DNA of 62,386 bases, from NCBI GenBank assembly GCA_965178125.1, contig OZ237735.1, positions 2,790,001 through 2,852,386 of the forward strand. Reading direction: 5' to 3'. Positions 1 through 12,494 of this stretch are shown piece by piece. The stretch is from Bilabrum cf. latius (taxonomy: Eukaryota). Below the pieces are notes generated by a model that made no database searches, was not told the origin of the DNA, and saw only the letters and a program-made list of their open reading frames with translations. The position numbers were made by a program, and so were the translations under genes. The stretch's first letter is position 1. Every line of letters starts with the position of its first letter.

Positions 1-48
1 CAAAATTCAAAACTCTGTACTGCTTTACAGCAATACTGCGGGCATAAC

Positions 49-942
49 ATGTCTTCTCTCTTCGACCCGGAAGAGATTGCTGCAGAAGATGAGAGGCTGC
101 CCCTTCGAATGAACGTGGATGCCTTCCGATTAGGATGTTTGGACTCGTGCTCCGCAGGCCAGGTGAGAGTGACCGACTTCAGCATGCGGCTTACGGTCTC
201 ATCATTATGCGTTTTGCATAGCATCCGGGGTGACGTAGTATTTTTGTTTATGTCGCAGGATTTAGTGGCTGGTTCATAGCTTGATCTCCCTGTTTGGCTG
301 TGCTACAAGCTGGTGCGGCTCGGGTTTGCGTCTGTCAGCATCCCGCGAGCATACGCGCACTCCACTATGGTTGATCTCACGGCTGATCCGCGCTCTGTTA
401 ATTTAAGAGATCGGTCTCCCTTTTTCTATCGGCTGATGCCTGCAGTGTGCCGGACTGTGCGTCCCGCCCACGCGGTTTCGAAGCTGCCCGACATTGTACG
501 CAAAACTCTTGCGGTTAGAGCTGAAGACATCATGACACGTGGAGGAGCTGAGGCCCCAAGTGACGTATCTGGATTTATTGATTCGCTGACGAATGAGGAG
601 CAGCTCGTTTTCCAGAAGGCGTACGGACAGGCAAGACGGGCTGCGGCTCACAACCGAGGGTACGGCAGCGAGCTGGCTGCCTCGGGGCTCGCCAGGGCAG
701 TGGCCAGCTCTGTAGGTGCAGGGGCGGGCGCGGCATCCTCTAGCGAGTAGATGGCAGCGCAGGCAGCCGCGGCTGCAGTGGCTAGCGCCTCGGTGGGAGG
801 GGCCCAGCCCGCGGGGAAAGGGGGTACCGCGCAGCCAGCCGTGAGCGGGGGTATGCTAGCCGAGGTGGCGGTGGGCCTGGATCCAATGGCGGCGCAGGCC
901 GTCCGTAGCTTTGCCGCACGCAAGCGCAGACGAATAGTGTGA
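49..942 (+). CDS. PSF3: GINS complex subunit Psf3 (intron 163-258; in-frame TAG at 277 and 748 read as sense)
   Basis: The joined translation gives FDPEEIAAEDERLP...GS*LDLPVWL...VSIPRAY...DLTADPRSVNLRDRSPFFY, matching Psf3 motifs. It has a GTGAG...GCAG intron and ends at TGA 940-942. Confidence 0.85.
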
Positions 943-1066
943 CGAACATAGAGAACTATATCTCCTGACGAGTGCGAAAGTCGCATGGCATTGATGAGGA
1001 ATGCCAGCCACCACAGCCGTGCATCATCAAATGTGATGCACACACACCCTCTTTGATCCGCCTGCC

Positions 1067-1194
1067 TCAGTGGCTCTCCCTGGGCACATCATGCCCGCTG
1101 GCCCCGTGCAAGAAGCCCAGGTCGCACCCCTCAGTGGCTCTCCCTGGGCACATCATGCCCGCTGGCCCCGTGCAAGAAGCCCAGGTCGCACCCC
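1067..1194. repeat. 64-bp exact tandem duplication of the dehydratase 3' end
   Basis: 1067-1130 and 1131-1194 are identical (TCAGTGGCTCTCCCTGGGCACATC...GGTCGCACCCC). Confidence 0.95.
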
Positions 1195-2999
1195 TCGTGC
1201 GACTGGGTCACGTTGTCCACGTACATGCGGCTGTACCCCCTGGATGCAACAGGGGCAGGGGCCTCCCACGCCTGCTTCCTCCGGGCCAGCTCCTCCTCCT
1301 CCACCTCCAGCTCAAGCTTGCCCGCCTCCACGTCCAGAGAAATCGTGTCACCGTCCCGCACCAGGGCGAGGGGCCCGCCCACCGCCGACTCGGGCGACAC
1401 GTGCAGCACCACCGTCCCGTAGGCCGTGCCCGACATGCGCCCGTCGCTGATGCGCACCATGTCAGTGATCCCCTTGCGCAGCAGCTTGGGCGGCAGGGCC
1501 ATGTTCCCCACCTCCGGCATGCCCGGGTACCCCACCGGCCCCGCCCCCTGCAGCACCAGCACGCTGTTCTCGTCCACGTCCAGGTCCTCGTCAGAGATCC
1601 TAGCTTCGAAGTCTTCCTTGCTGGAGAACACGACGGCCCTGCCGCGGTGTTTCATGAGCGAGGGGGATGCCGCGGCTGGCTTGATGATGGCCCCGTTGGG
1701 AGCCAGGTTCCCCTTCAGAACGGTTATGCCGGCGCTGCCCGACCCAAGCAGGGGGTCGCTCGCGGGTCGGATCACGTCGTCGTCATAGCACTCAGCCTCC
1801 GCCACGCTCTCCCCCATCCGCTGCCCTGATACCGTCAGTGCCTCTGGGTCGGGCAGCGCGCCCGCCTCGTGGATCCGCCTGAGCACTGCAGGCAGGCCCC
1901 CGGCATAGAAGAACTCCTCCATGAGGTGCTCCCCCGCGGGCTGCAGGTTGGCCAGCAGAGGCACCTGCCGGCCCACCCTGTCGAAGTCGTCCAGCGACAG
2001 ACTGACCCCCACCCTGCGGGCCAGGGCCAGCAGGTGCACCACCGCGTTGGTGGAGCCCCCCACAGCAGCGAGGGCGGCGATGGCGTTCTCGAAGGCCCCC
2101 TTTGTGAGAACCTGGGAGGGGCGGAGGTCGTCCCGCACCATCTCAACGGCTCTCCTGCCCGCCAGGTGAGCCAGAGTGTTTCTCCTAGAGTCCGCTGCGG
2201 GGATGGCGGCGCTGCCCGGGAGTGACATGCCCAGTGCCTCCGCCACACAGGCCATTGAGCTGGCCGTGCCCATGGTGTTGCAGTGGCCGGTGCTCCGACT
2301 GTTCCCCGCCTCTGCATCCATAAAGTCCTTCAGGCTCAGCTGTCCACCGCGCACCTGCTCAGAGAGCTTCCACACGTCCGTGCCGCTGCCCAGTTTCCTG
2401 CCCCTCCATCGCCCGTTGAGCATGGGACCACCCGTCAGCAGCAGCGTGGGCAGGTCCGTGGATGCCGCCCCCATCAGCGTGCCGGGGGTTGTCTTGTCGC
2501 AGCCCGTCAGCAGCACTGTTCCGTCAATGGGATACCCGCGCAGGCATTCCTCCGTGTCCATCGCCATGAGGTTGCGCAGCAGCATGGCTGTGGGGCGAAG
2601 CAGGCTCTCGCCGGTGGACAGCACCGGAAACTCGAGAGGCAGCCCGCCAGCTTCCCAAACGCCGCGCTTCACCCGGTCAGCAACATCCCGAAGGTGTGCA
2701 TTGCACGGAGTCAGCTCGCTCCAAGTGCTACAAATGCCAATTACTGGCCGGCCGTCGAACGCCTCATCTGGAAGACCTTGGTTGCGCATCCAGGATCTGT
2801 GGATGTAGCCGTCCCGATCCGCTTTTCCAAACCATGCATGGGATCGTCTCCATGTTTTGTCCTTTCCACTGCCCCCTTTGTCGCCGCTCCCTGATGAAAG
2901 CATCGTTGCGGTGCGGGACAGCCGACGCGTGCAAGCCTACCACTGAGCCGAGATGGCGCGCTGCAGAGCCACACGAGGAACTCTACGGATCGAATGCAT
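1131..2999 (-). CDS. IlvD/Edd-family dehydratase, L-arabinonate/sugar-acid dehydratase type, with a probable mitochondrial presequence
   Basis: Motifs RSHAWFG..DRDGYIHRSWM.NQG, RPVIGICSTWSELTPCNAH, GCDKTTPG, CNTMGTAS, RISDGRMSGTAYG and C-terminal VPRESH. Reading TAG 2937-2939 as sense extends the frame to ATG 2999 (MHSIRRVPRVALQRAISAQW*ACTRRLSR). Confidence 0.9.
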
Positions 3000-3159
3000 G
3001 TTGATAAAACCCAAGTGAGGTCAGCTGGGAATGCAGCCTCAGGGCTGTTGGTGTGCATGGGCGAGTTGCACTTTGCAGCGGATCTTGGGGGAATCTGGTG
3101 AGATGACGAGCACCTGCTATTTGCAGCGCTTGCAAAAGGTGATACAACGAGCCCGCAGT

Positions 3160-4815
3160 ATGGCTGCCGTTGCAAGTACCAGTGCGACCGGAAAGGCATG
3201 CGGTAGGCTTGATTTCATGGGTGGCGTTGCAGATTATAGCGGAAGCCATGTCCTGGAGGCCGGGATCGCAAAGTTCGCTACGTGCGAAGCTACCTTGATT
3301 GTAGGAGGAGACACGATATCATTAGAAAGCGAACACTTTGGATCGTTCTCGTGCGCAGCATCTATGCTTATTTTTACGGGAGAAGTCGAGGCAGGCACCC
3401 CCGGAGTCCGGCCCCTGGCTGCCGTGAAAGTCGGCTTAGAGGAGGTCAAAGCCCCGCGGTGGTGCCACTACGTGCTAGGCTGCGTGGCTGCATACTTGTT
3501 ACATATACCATCTGCGGCGTAGGCCGTGAGAGGTTCTGGATTGCGCCTGTCCATCGCATCCGAGGTGCCCGCAGGCCAGGGTGTCTCGAGCTCAGCCTCG
3601 CTCGAGATGGCAGTGCTGGACTGCATGCGAGCGCTTCTGCCGCCCAAGGAAGGCACCGCAGAAGAGGCAGCCGCAGCACCCCTTCGGCTCGCTCACCTGG
3701 GCCAGCTAGCAGAGAACCAGGTGGCCGGCGTGCCCTGCGGTCTCATGGACCAGTTGGCCTGCCAGTTCGGTAGACCAGGAGCGTGAGTCTACGCGCAAAA
3801 TGATTGCAACCCCCCCCTTTTGGCAGCCTGCCACACTGATTTGGCCACGCCCCTGTCCACCCCGCACTCCCGCAGCCTGCTCCCAATCAAGTGCCGCCCA
3901 GACCAGTGCTCCGTCCCAGTGGCGCTGCCCCCTGGCGTCGTGGCTCTCGGCTGGCCCTCCATGGTGGTGCACGACGTGGGGGCCAGTCCCTATGCCACCG
4001 CTCGGTGCGCGTGCTTCATGGCCAAGCGGATCCTTGAGGCTGACGTGCTGAGCAAGATTGTGCCCAGCGAAGCGCTGGATGCGACAGTGCGGGAGGAGCT
4101 GGACGAGTGGACGAGGGACAGGACGGGCAAGGCCTGGCAGCCAGGTGACCCGATCCCGCACCTGGCCTGCCTCCCGCTGAGCTGGCTGCAGCTGCACGCG
4201 CTGGGGGGAGGAGAGGGCAGGCTGCCGGATCGGATCACCGGCGCGGAATTCGCGGAGAAGTACGGTGTGACGAGTGACGCCCTCAGCAAGCCGCGGGGAG
4301 ACGCCATGTACGAGGTGGGGGCGGCCGCCGAGTTCGCGTGCGGCGAGGACGCGAGGGTGCGCTTGGCGGTGGCGCTGCTGAAGGGGCTGGCGAAGGTGGG
4401 TGTGGGGTCTGTGGGGGGTGGGGGGGGTGGGGCTGCCGCAGGTCCCTCAAGTGCTCCCGCTGCGGGGGGCACAGGTGTTGGCACTAGCGCCGGTGGGGCC
4501 GGGGGTCGGTCCGGGGAGGAACACGAGGCGCTGTGCGCGGTGGGTGAGCTAATGCTGCAGGGGCACGCGGCCTACTCGAAGATAGGGCTCGGGTGCGAGG
4601 AGACGGATCGGATCGTGGGGGCACTGATGGGAAGGTTGGGTCCCGGGCGGGGCGTGTTTGGTGCCAGGGTGAGTGGGGGAGGCAGCGGTGGGACGGTGGC
4701 CGTGCTCTGCAGGCAGGACGCGGTCCCTGCGGTGGAGGCGCTGGCCAGGAGCGAGGGCTTGCGGTTTGGGGAGGCAGGAAAAGACCCAAGCAAGTTTCCT
4801 GGGCTGATTTTGTAA
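3160..4815 (+). CDS. GHMP-family sugar kinase, L-arabinokinase/galactokinase-like (intron 3783-3875; TAG at 3520)
   Basis: GRLDFMGGVADYSGS, SEVPAGQGVSSSASLE, ENQVAGVPCGLMDQ and GARVSGGGSGG closely follow the plant ARA1-type kinase domain. Ends at TAA. Confidence 0.85.
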
Positions 4816-4973
4816 ATGTGGATTTTCGAGTGGCAACTAGACTAGCAAGCAACCGTTCGTGCAAAAGCACTGCCCCGTTCTCCTTCTGTTTGGTTCCGTT
4901 ATTGCGCGGCAACAAGAGAGATTTCTGGGGTTTGTCGCGAGCGCAGAGCTCGCCGTGATTCTTGCCGGGAGCT

Positions 4974-6045
4974 ATGTCAGCCGCAACTGACATCGAAGTT
5001 GGCCTTGATAATACAGTCGCTATCCTTGCGGTTTCGCCGGAGCTGAATGAGTTGCTCATGAGAGCCAAAGCAATCTACGCGAACCTTGGCGGGAAGGTCG
5101 CTGCAACATCAATGGAGAGCGCCAAATCATTTGACGGAAAGAGGCTTATCGTAGTTGCTCAGATGCGCGCCCTTGATCGGGTAAGTTTTGAGCGCGGCAG
5201 CCCCGTTATGCGGCAATAGGCCCACGCCTTGCACCAATCACAACAACGGCATTTTCTTGTATGATTCTCTCGTGCAGTTGCTGGACACCAGGAATATGTC
5301 AGGAATTGAAAGGATGCACAAGATAAGAATTAATAACTAGTGCCGTCGACAGCTGAATGACATCTAGTAGTGCATTGTCGAGCTAGTGAAGGTCCACCAC
5401 AATGAGCTGAAATCCAAGGCAGGCGTCTCCGACGAGGAGCGCGTCGCGAGATAGCAAGCATTCAAGGACATGCAAACCGAGCTATCAGATTTGAAAGACA
5501 AGCTGTCGGGGGTGCAGCGACGACGGGGCGGTGGCGGGGCCGGCGGAGCCGTCGAGATGCAAGATGTGACAGGCTTCATCAACGGCAAGTCTGGGTCAGG
5601 GTCGGGAGGCGGAGCTGCTAGCGGGGCAGGCTCCGGCGGTGGGTTCAATGGAGAGGGGGGCTCTGGAGGCGGAGGGTTCGGCGGCAGCGGCTCAAACACG
5701 GTGGAGGAGGACTTAACGCAGACTCAGATTCAGGAGATCGGGGAGCTTGATGCGATCCGGGTTAAGCAGGACGAGCTGCTGGAGGAGATCGGCAAAGAGG
5801 CCGACATTTTGTTGGAGCAGGCACTCGGTTTCAAGGACGAGATGGACAAGCAGGACGCGCTGATCGGCGACCTGGAGAAGAAGATCAGCAAGGCCAGCGA
5901 CAAGCTCAAAAAAGTCAACGATCAGGCGGACAGGGCCGTGGAAATGGTCAACGCGCCGTCCACCAGCCTCTGCATGTATGCGATCTGCTTCATCGTGTTG
6001 CTGGGAATCGTCACGGTGGGGTACAACGTGATCAACAGCAACTGA
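4974..6045 (+). CDS. Qc-SNARE/syntaxin, SYP7-like (intron 5181-5277; TAG at 5338, 5365, 5368, 5452)
   Basis: C-terminal SNARE heptad (QDELLEEIGKEADIL...EMDKQDALIGDLE) plus a C-terminal TM helix. The N-terminal helical region is continuous only if TAG is sense. Confidence 0.75.
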
Positions 6046-6189
6046 TGGGGGGGATTGATGTGCAGGTGTCGTCAAGTCGAGCGCAACAATGCCGTTGCTT
6101 CTCTGTGTACGGGTGTACCCCAGCAATCACGCCTAATGGCATCCAATTCACAGTGCCACAGGCTTGATCTAGAGTGCCTGTAATCGCCT

Positions 6190-7728
6190 ATGCATGCTAA
6201 TGCTGCCACCAGGCCCTTGCAGTCTCACCCGGAGCCTAAAACACGAAACATTACCCGCGCCAGAATCGCGATGCTGCGGGGTGTTCGGATTCTTGACTTG
6301 ACTAGGGTATTGGCTGGTCCATATGCAACACAAATGCTCGCCAGCATGGGGGCTGAAGTTATAAAAGTTGAGCATGTATCGAGAGGAGATGAGACGCGAG
6401 ATTGGGGCCCTCCTTTCATTGCGTCAGCCTCCGGAAAGAGCCGTCTGTCGTCATATTTTGCCGGAGTCAACGCTGGAAAATATGGAATTGGAATAGATTT
6501 CAAGCATCCGCGGGGCAGACATGCTGTATTGGAACTTGCAAGACGCAGTGATGCCGTGGTAGAGAATTTCCCGGCTGGCACCCTTGACAAAGCTGGCGTG
6601 GGGGCAGTCGCGATGGTAGACAAGAATCCCGACCTTATAGTTGCTTCCATTACAGGTTATGGGCTTACTGGGTCGAAACGGACGCAGGCGGCGTATGACG
6701 TAGCCGTTCAAGCGGAGTCGGGGCACATGTCGATTACTGGAAGTTACAGCGAGGCCAGTGACACAAAATTGAACGCAGAAGAAGTTTTCAAGCACGGGGT
6801 CGCAACAATTGACGTGATGACCGGTTTACACGCTCAGAATGCAGTCCTGGCGGCACTGCTCGACGTGCAAACTCGCCGAGCAGCGCTCGGGCTGCCTCTG
6901 CGAGCTTCCCAGCGCTGGCAGGCCGCGAAGAGTAACTGTGAAGCTGGATCCTCGCCGGCGCTAACCAAGCCAGAGTTTGCGTTTGTAGGCAGGCAGCTGG
7001 ATGTCCCCCTGCTGGACACTGCTCTGCATGCCCTGGTGAATGTTGCCGCTAGCAGCCTCAACTCCGGCCCCCCTGCGCGGAGGTGGGGTTCCGCACACGC
7101 TTCCATTGTGCCCTACTAGGCCCTGCAGACCGACGACGGGCCCGTTGTGGTGGTGGCCATGAACGACGCGCAGTTCCAGTAGCTGTGCACCGAGGTGCTC
7201 GGGGGGTCCTGCTAGAATTTGCACTTGTCTCCACTCTACCGGTCCAACCCGCTGCGGGTGGAGCACCGGGTGTCTCTCCTGGACCTCATCCAAGCTCGCA
7301 TGCAGGAAAAAGGGGGCACCCAGGCCGAGTGGGTGGACCGCATGAAGCGGGCGGGACTGGCAGGCAGCGCCGTCTCCACGGTGGAGGAGGCGCTGAGTAG
7401 CAACCACGCGAGGGAGCGAGACATCGTGCAAGAGGTGCAGCGGACGTGGCCCCCTCCATCGGATGGGGGGCCACCCGACCAGCCTTCGACCATCAAGACC
7501 GTCGCGCCGCCCATTCGCGCGTCAAAGGTGACTCGCGGCGTGCGCTCAGGCGGGGCCGAAGGCACCGTGACGCTCACCAGTGACCCAGACGCTTGCAAGG
7601 TGCGTGGAGCCCCGCCACTGCTGGGAGAGCACACGCGAAAGGTGCTGGTAGGCTGGGGCGTGCTGGATGACGGGGCGGTGGACGACGGGTGCAGGGAGGG
7701 GTGGCTGCGCGAGACTGCGGGCCTCTGA
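6190..7728 (+). CDS. CaiB/BaiF family III CoA-transferase (SUGCT-like); TAG at 7117, 7180, 7213
   Basis: LRGVRILDLTRVLAGPYATQML..MGAEVIKVE, GDETRDWGPP, HASIVPY*ALQTDDG and PPLLGEHTRKVL. The start may be 6190 or 6271. Confidence 0.9.
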
Positions 7729-7779
7729 GTCCTGCATTCATCCCTTCGTGACCCCCCCAGCCAACGCACGGGTGTCTGC

Positions 7780-9891
7780 TTACTGTGCGCCCGTTCCGCT
7801 CGAAAGCTTGCCTTTGCTTTGGTGGCTGGAGTCGGGCTGCTGAGGTCTATGTGCTGTCCCATCACCCTTGGCTGCAGACGTGGGAGAGGCCCGGTCGGTG
7901 CGGACCGGGATGTGGGAGCTCGGGCCAGGGTCCACCGTGAATTCGTCAGGATGCATTGCTTTGCTCGTGGACCGGATCGTTGCCAGCTGCGCCTGATTCG
8001 ATGGAGATGCCTCGTCGCAGGCTGCCTCTGCGACAGGCGGAGACGACTCGCTCGCCGCATGGCCTGCGCCACCATGTGCCCCTGCAGCCTCGTCAAGATC
8101 GATCCCACTCGAGAAGGACAGGGCCGTCATGACCGTGTTGCCATCGTAGCCATCATCGACGGCGGGAGGGATGCCAGTACAGGGCAGCTGCTGCTGGCGC
8201 GATCGCTGGGCCTGAGCCGATCCACTAGCCGGGATCAGATTGCAGTCGTTTCCAGAGCCATACTCAGCTATGGGGGATGTGCTCGGCCGTATCATGTCTG
8301 CAGGCATCACGGAAATGCCGGCCCCAGCAAGTGTATCGCGGGCCATCTGCTCGGCGACTGCGGGCGATGGACTGCTGGCCGGAATGGTGCCCCGCATCCT
8401 GTGCAGTCGCTGGATGCGGCGGTACATGCGTCTCTGTCGCGACTCGATCAGTCTACGCTCTGCGGCCATCTGCTTGCTCAGCTCAGAGGCAGCTGCAGCC
8501 CGCTCCCGTTTCGCGATCTTGCGCAGTGCCGCTGTCAGGCCCAGCCTCACAGCTTGTACCCGACTGGCCTGCGAGACGGAGCTTGTCCTATCTTGGGCAT
8601 TCCCTCGCTTCCCCTGCACGCTCATGTGTGCCGCACCCCCTCGATCCAGCCTCGACTTGAGCGCCTTGCGGACCAGCCCCTCCACGGTCTCATCGATGCG
8701 ACTGCTCATCTCTGGGCCGATGGGGCGTGCTAGTGGTGCGGCACTCGCGGGTGGACTGCAATTACTAGTAGGGTCTGCAGCTGTTCTCGGTGACCTGCCC
8801 CCAGATCCCCTCGAGACCGGCGACACGTTGTTCTCCGGGCTGCGGCTGGAAGGGGACTGCATGCGGGCCACGTGCCGCCTCTCTGCGCCCTTGGACCGTG
8901 GTGTTGGCGTGAGTGCAGCGGCAGCCTCGTGGGCTGCTCTCCGCGTGGATAATCGCTCGGATGATGGATTACCACCAGAGTGGGAGGCCTCGCTTTTCAG
9001 GCCCACCTACAGCCGGACCCCGTTAGTACGAATCGTGTAGGTGCGCTCGTGCAGCTGAGCACGACCCGAAGAGGAAGCAGACGAGGGGCGCGCACTAGGA
9101 CCTTCGGCGGGAAGCAGCGCTAGTCTGCTGCTGCCCGAGATTGGCGACGTGCGTGCGCGGGCATGTTTGGACTGGCTCGTCCGTGAGTTGATTGGCGTGG
9201 ATCTGGCGCTTGCGTTGGGGGTGGGGCAGGGGCTGGAACTGGAGCTGGAGCTGGAGCAGGGACTGGGACTGGGGCTGCTATTGGCACAGCCTGCTCCACT
9301 GGTTGCGTCTGGTCCATCCTCCTCCCCTCTCCTACTAGTAGCAGGCCGGCCCAGCTCGGCGAGGATGAGCGGGGAGACGTCTCCGGCGGCTGGCATAGCG
9401 GGTGAGCTATGTTGACGCCCTTGGATATCTGTGGACCTAACAATGGATGCTAGCATGGCGCCAAACTCTCCTGTGCCTTTCATGGGCGACCAGCGATCCA
9501 TGGACCCGAGGCTTGCGGACAATGCCGTCGCTGCTTTGGAGGCAGATCTCGCCTTAGCCTGGAGTTTTGCCACAGTCTTAGCAGCAGCAGCATTGCGACG
9601 CTGGACTTCCTTCACTGCAGGTAGAATATGACAACTGTTGTCATCTGGGATCAAAGCTATTATACTCACGGTCGCTCGTCAATTGCGCCACTTGGACGGC
9701 CTGAGCTTCTCACTTGCATATTCCAGCTATAAGCTCTCGCCTGCTTGCATTTCTGGTGTATTTCCCCCCTTATGCACAACCTTGCCTTGCTGGTGGATCA
9801 GCCCGTGCGTGTGTGTTCGCTCGTCCATCTAGGAACCTGCATCGCTGATTGCCTTGACCAGCTGTTCAAGCCCTACCTGTATTTTTTTCAT
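7780..9891 (-). CDS. Hypothetical low-complexity/coiled-coil protein; 5' end uncertain
   Basis: ORFs 9007-9669 and 7780-9006 are in frame and joined by TAG. A probable intron at 9615-9713 removes an in-frame TGA. Ends at TAA; no recognisable domain. Confidence 0.5.
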
Positions 9892-10098
9892 GTCATGCGG
9901 GTGTTGTAAACTGTTTGTATTCGACACAAAATTGCGAAATAAAAGGAGTCGAGCACGACCCAATTGTAGCGAATAGTTTAGCAGTTGCAGTCTTGAATAA
10001 TGGCCGGAAGCTTCAACGCGAACTTGACAGCATTCCGCAAGCACACAATCAAACTAGGGTCTAACTAGTAGTTAGCTACCTTTAATAGCTGATTTACC

Positions 10099-11931
10099 AT
10101 GTCTGGTCTGCGTTCCATATCCCAGGAAGCCCGTGAATCAGAGATTTCGCAAGCTGCCGAATCGCAGCTTAGCGGGCCGGCACCTCCGGTTGCATTGATC
10201 GATGAGGGGGCTACAGCTTGGATTCTAGCATCCACTTCGCTGGTGCTGCTAATGTCACTCCCTGGACTGGCCGTGTTCTACGGTGGTTTTGTGCGAAGCA
10301 AGAACGTACTCAGCGTTTTGGCTCAATCGTTGGGCATCACGGCACTTTCCACGGTTTTGTGGATCGCAGTGGGCTACTCCTTGGCTTTTACGCACGGAGG
10401 ACCAGTGCACAGCGTTATTGGTGGCTTCAAGCACATATTTCTTATCGGTGTTGGACAGAACACCATGGTGGGGCCTATGGGCGGCAACGCACCGGTACCG
10501 CTAGTTGCTCATGCCGCTTACCAAGGGTCGTATGCTTTCCTGGCTCCAGCACTCTTTCTTGGCTCAGTGGTGGAGCGGATGCGATCTCGTGTGGTTCTCA
10601 TCTTTGGTGCAGTGTTTCTGATCGTGGTGTACTGCCCCATCGCTCACATGCTCTGGTGCCCCGGCGGATTCCTCCGCGAGTGGGGCGTGCTGGACTGGGC
10701 GGGCGGGCTGGTGGTCGGTACTACTGCCGGAGTGGCTGGATTGATTGCCAGCCTGATGGTGGGCCCTCGCAAGGGCTATCCCGAGAACGTGTTTCGCCCC
10801 CACAACACCACGCTCATCGTCCTGGGCACCGGCATGCTGTGGACAGGGTGGATGGGCTTCGAGGCAGGCACGGGCCTGCACGCGGACGGTGTGGCGGCCA
10901 TGGCCCTGATGACCACCCACAGCGCGGGCGCATTCGGCGCTTTGACGTGGACTGGTATCGAGTGGCTGCTGCACCACGGGCGGCCCTCCATCCTGGGCTT
11001 CTGCGCGGGGGCCGTGGCTGGGCTGGCTGCCATCACGCCTGCAGCGGGGTACGTGGGCGTGGGGGGCTCTGCCGTGATCGGCATCGTGGGCTCCTGCACG
11101 TGTTACTTCATGGCAGTTGCCGTGAAGGAGTGGGCGGGCTGGGACGAGACCCTGGACGCGTTCGGGGTGCACGCCACCGGGGGCATGACCGGGACCCTGC
11201 TCGTGGCGATCTTTGCGAGTCCCCGGGCTGGGGGCTCTGGGGGCAATCCCGAGGTGCAGGCAGCCGAGGACTTCAGCATGGGCCCTCAGCTGCTCAAGCA
11301 GGTGACTGCGACGGTCTTTGTGGTGCTCTACTCTGCCATTGTGTCGTGGCTGCTGCTGCTTGCTTTGGGCAAGTGCTGGGGCCTGCGGGTGAGCGCCGCA
11401 GTGGAGGAGAAGGGGCTGGACCTTGCCGAGCTGGATGACGGGGCCTACCTCTTCGGCTCCCACCATTGGGAGGGCAAGGCATTCGTGACCGACACCGCCA
11501 CCAGTGCCGCCCGCATGGTCGAACAGGCAGGGGAGAACGCACTCGAGACGCTCAGCGAGTCAGGAGACCTGGAGAGGGGCCAGCGGAGCCCAAGGAGCAG
11601 CCATGGAGGAGGCACCCGTGGCGCCGGAGGGTGGGGCGACCTGATGGGGGAATGGGGCGACGGTGATATGCGGCGCAGGGGCGCGGGGGGCAGTGGTGAT
11701 GAGCCCGGGCGCAAGCACTCTGCCCTCGAGAGCTTGCTGCAGCAGGAAGCGGACGATAAAATCAAGCAGTAGAGGGGCATGGGGGGGCGCGTGGCCGGTG
11801 CCATGGTGGGCGGGCAAGGAGGGGGGCGGGGTCTTCGGCCCGGGGGGTCGATCCAGAGGGGCAGGAGCGGGTCGGACCATGACGTGAGGACTGCCGTGTC
11901 GCTGCCTCCCCTCCGGGGGTCCATCGGGTGA
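10099..11931 (+). CDS. AMT: Ammonium transporter (Amt/Mep family), atypical pore residues
   Basis: PGLAVFYGGFVRSKNVLS, LDWAGG, GAVAGLAAITPAAG, DETLDAFGVH and LRVS...EEKGLD. Reading TAG 11770 as sense extends the C-terminal tail to TGA 11929-11931. Confidence 0.92.
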
Positions 11932-12494
11932 TGCCGGGGGAGCTGCGATATGGGGTGGTAAAGGGGTGGGTGAGTGGTGAAATGCGGGGGGTAGCGGGGG
12001 GAGCGTAATTGAAGAAGATGAAGATATGGTATGCGGCAGCACGGGGAGGGTTGTTCTGCCGCGCGAGAGAGAGCGTCGATGAGGGCATTCTGGGCAAACG
12101 CGTATTGCCCCGGGAGCAATTCCTCGATCGATCCTCGCGCCAGCCCGGCGGTACGTTGTACATCGCTGGAAGATGGTGCGAAGGCCCTGTTGCTTCGGCA
12201 GCTCGGGGCACAAGTCGCACTCCATGGCAATCGATTGTCATTGTGTGCGCATGCGGGACATCGGTATGGTCCGGTATCGCTTGGTTGATGCGTATACAGG
12301 TTATTCGTCAACGCACTGTCCCGCAAGACAAGCACGAAGTGCTCCACGTTGTCACGTCACGGTGCGGCTAGGTCCACTCGTCACATGATGGCCTGAAGCT
12401 CGCGACAGTGCAGCAGTTCTTTCAAACAGCAACAGAGCTCGTGTCTCCAGGTATTTGTCCCAGCAGGAGCGACCCAACACTTCTCGCGGAGAGT

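Noticed and set aside
1131-2999. Bacterial contamination or chimeric contig
   Set aside because: The gene is contiguous with intron-bearing eukaryotic genes and has a TAG-containing presequence in the host code.
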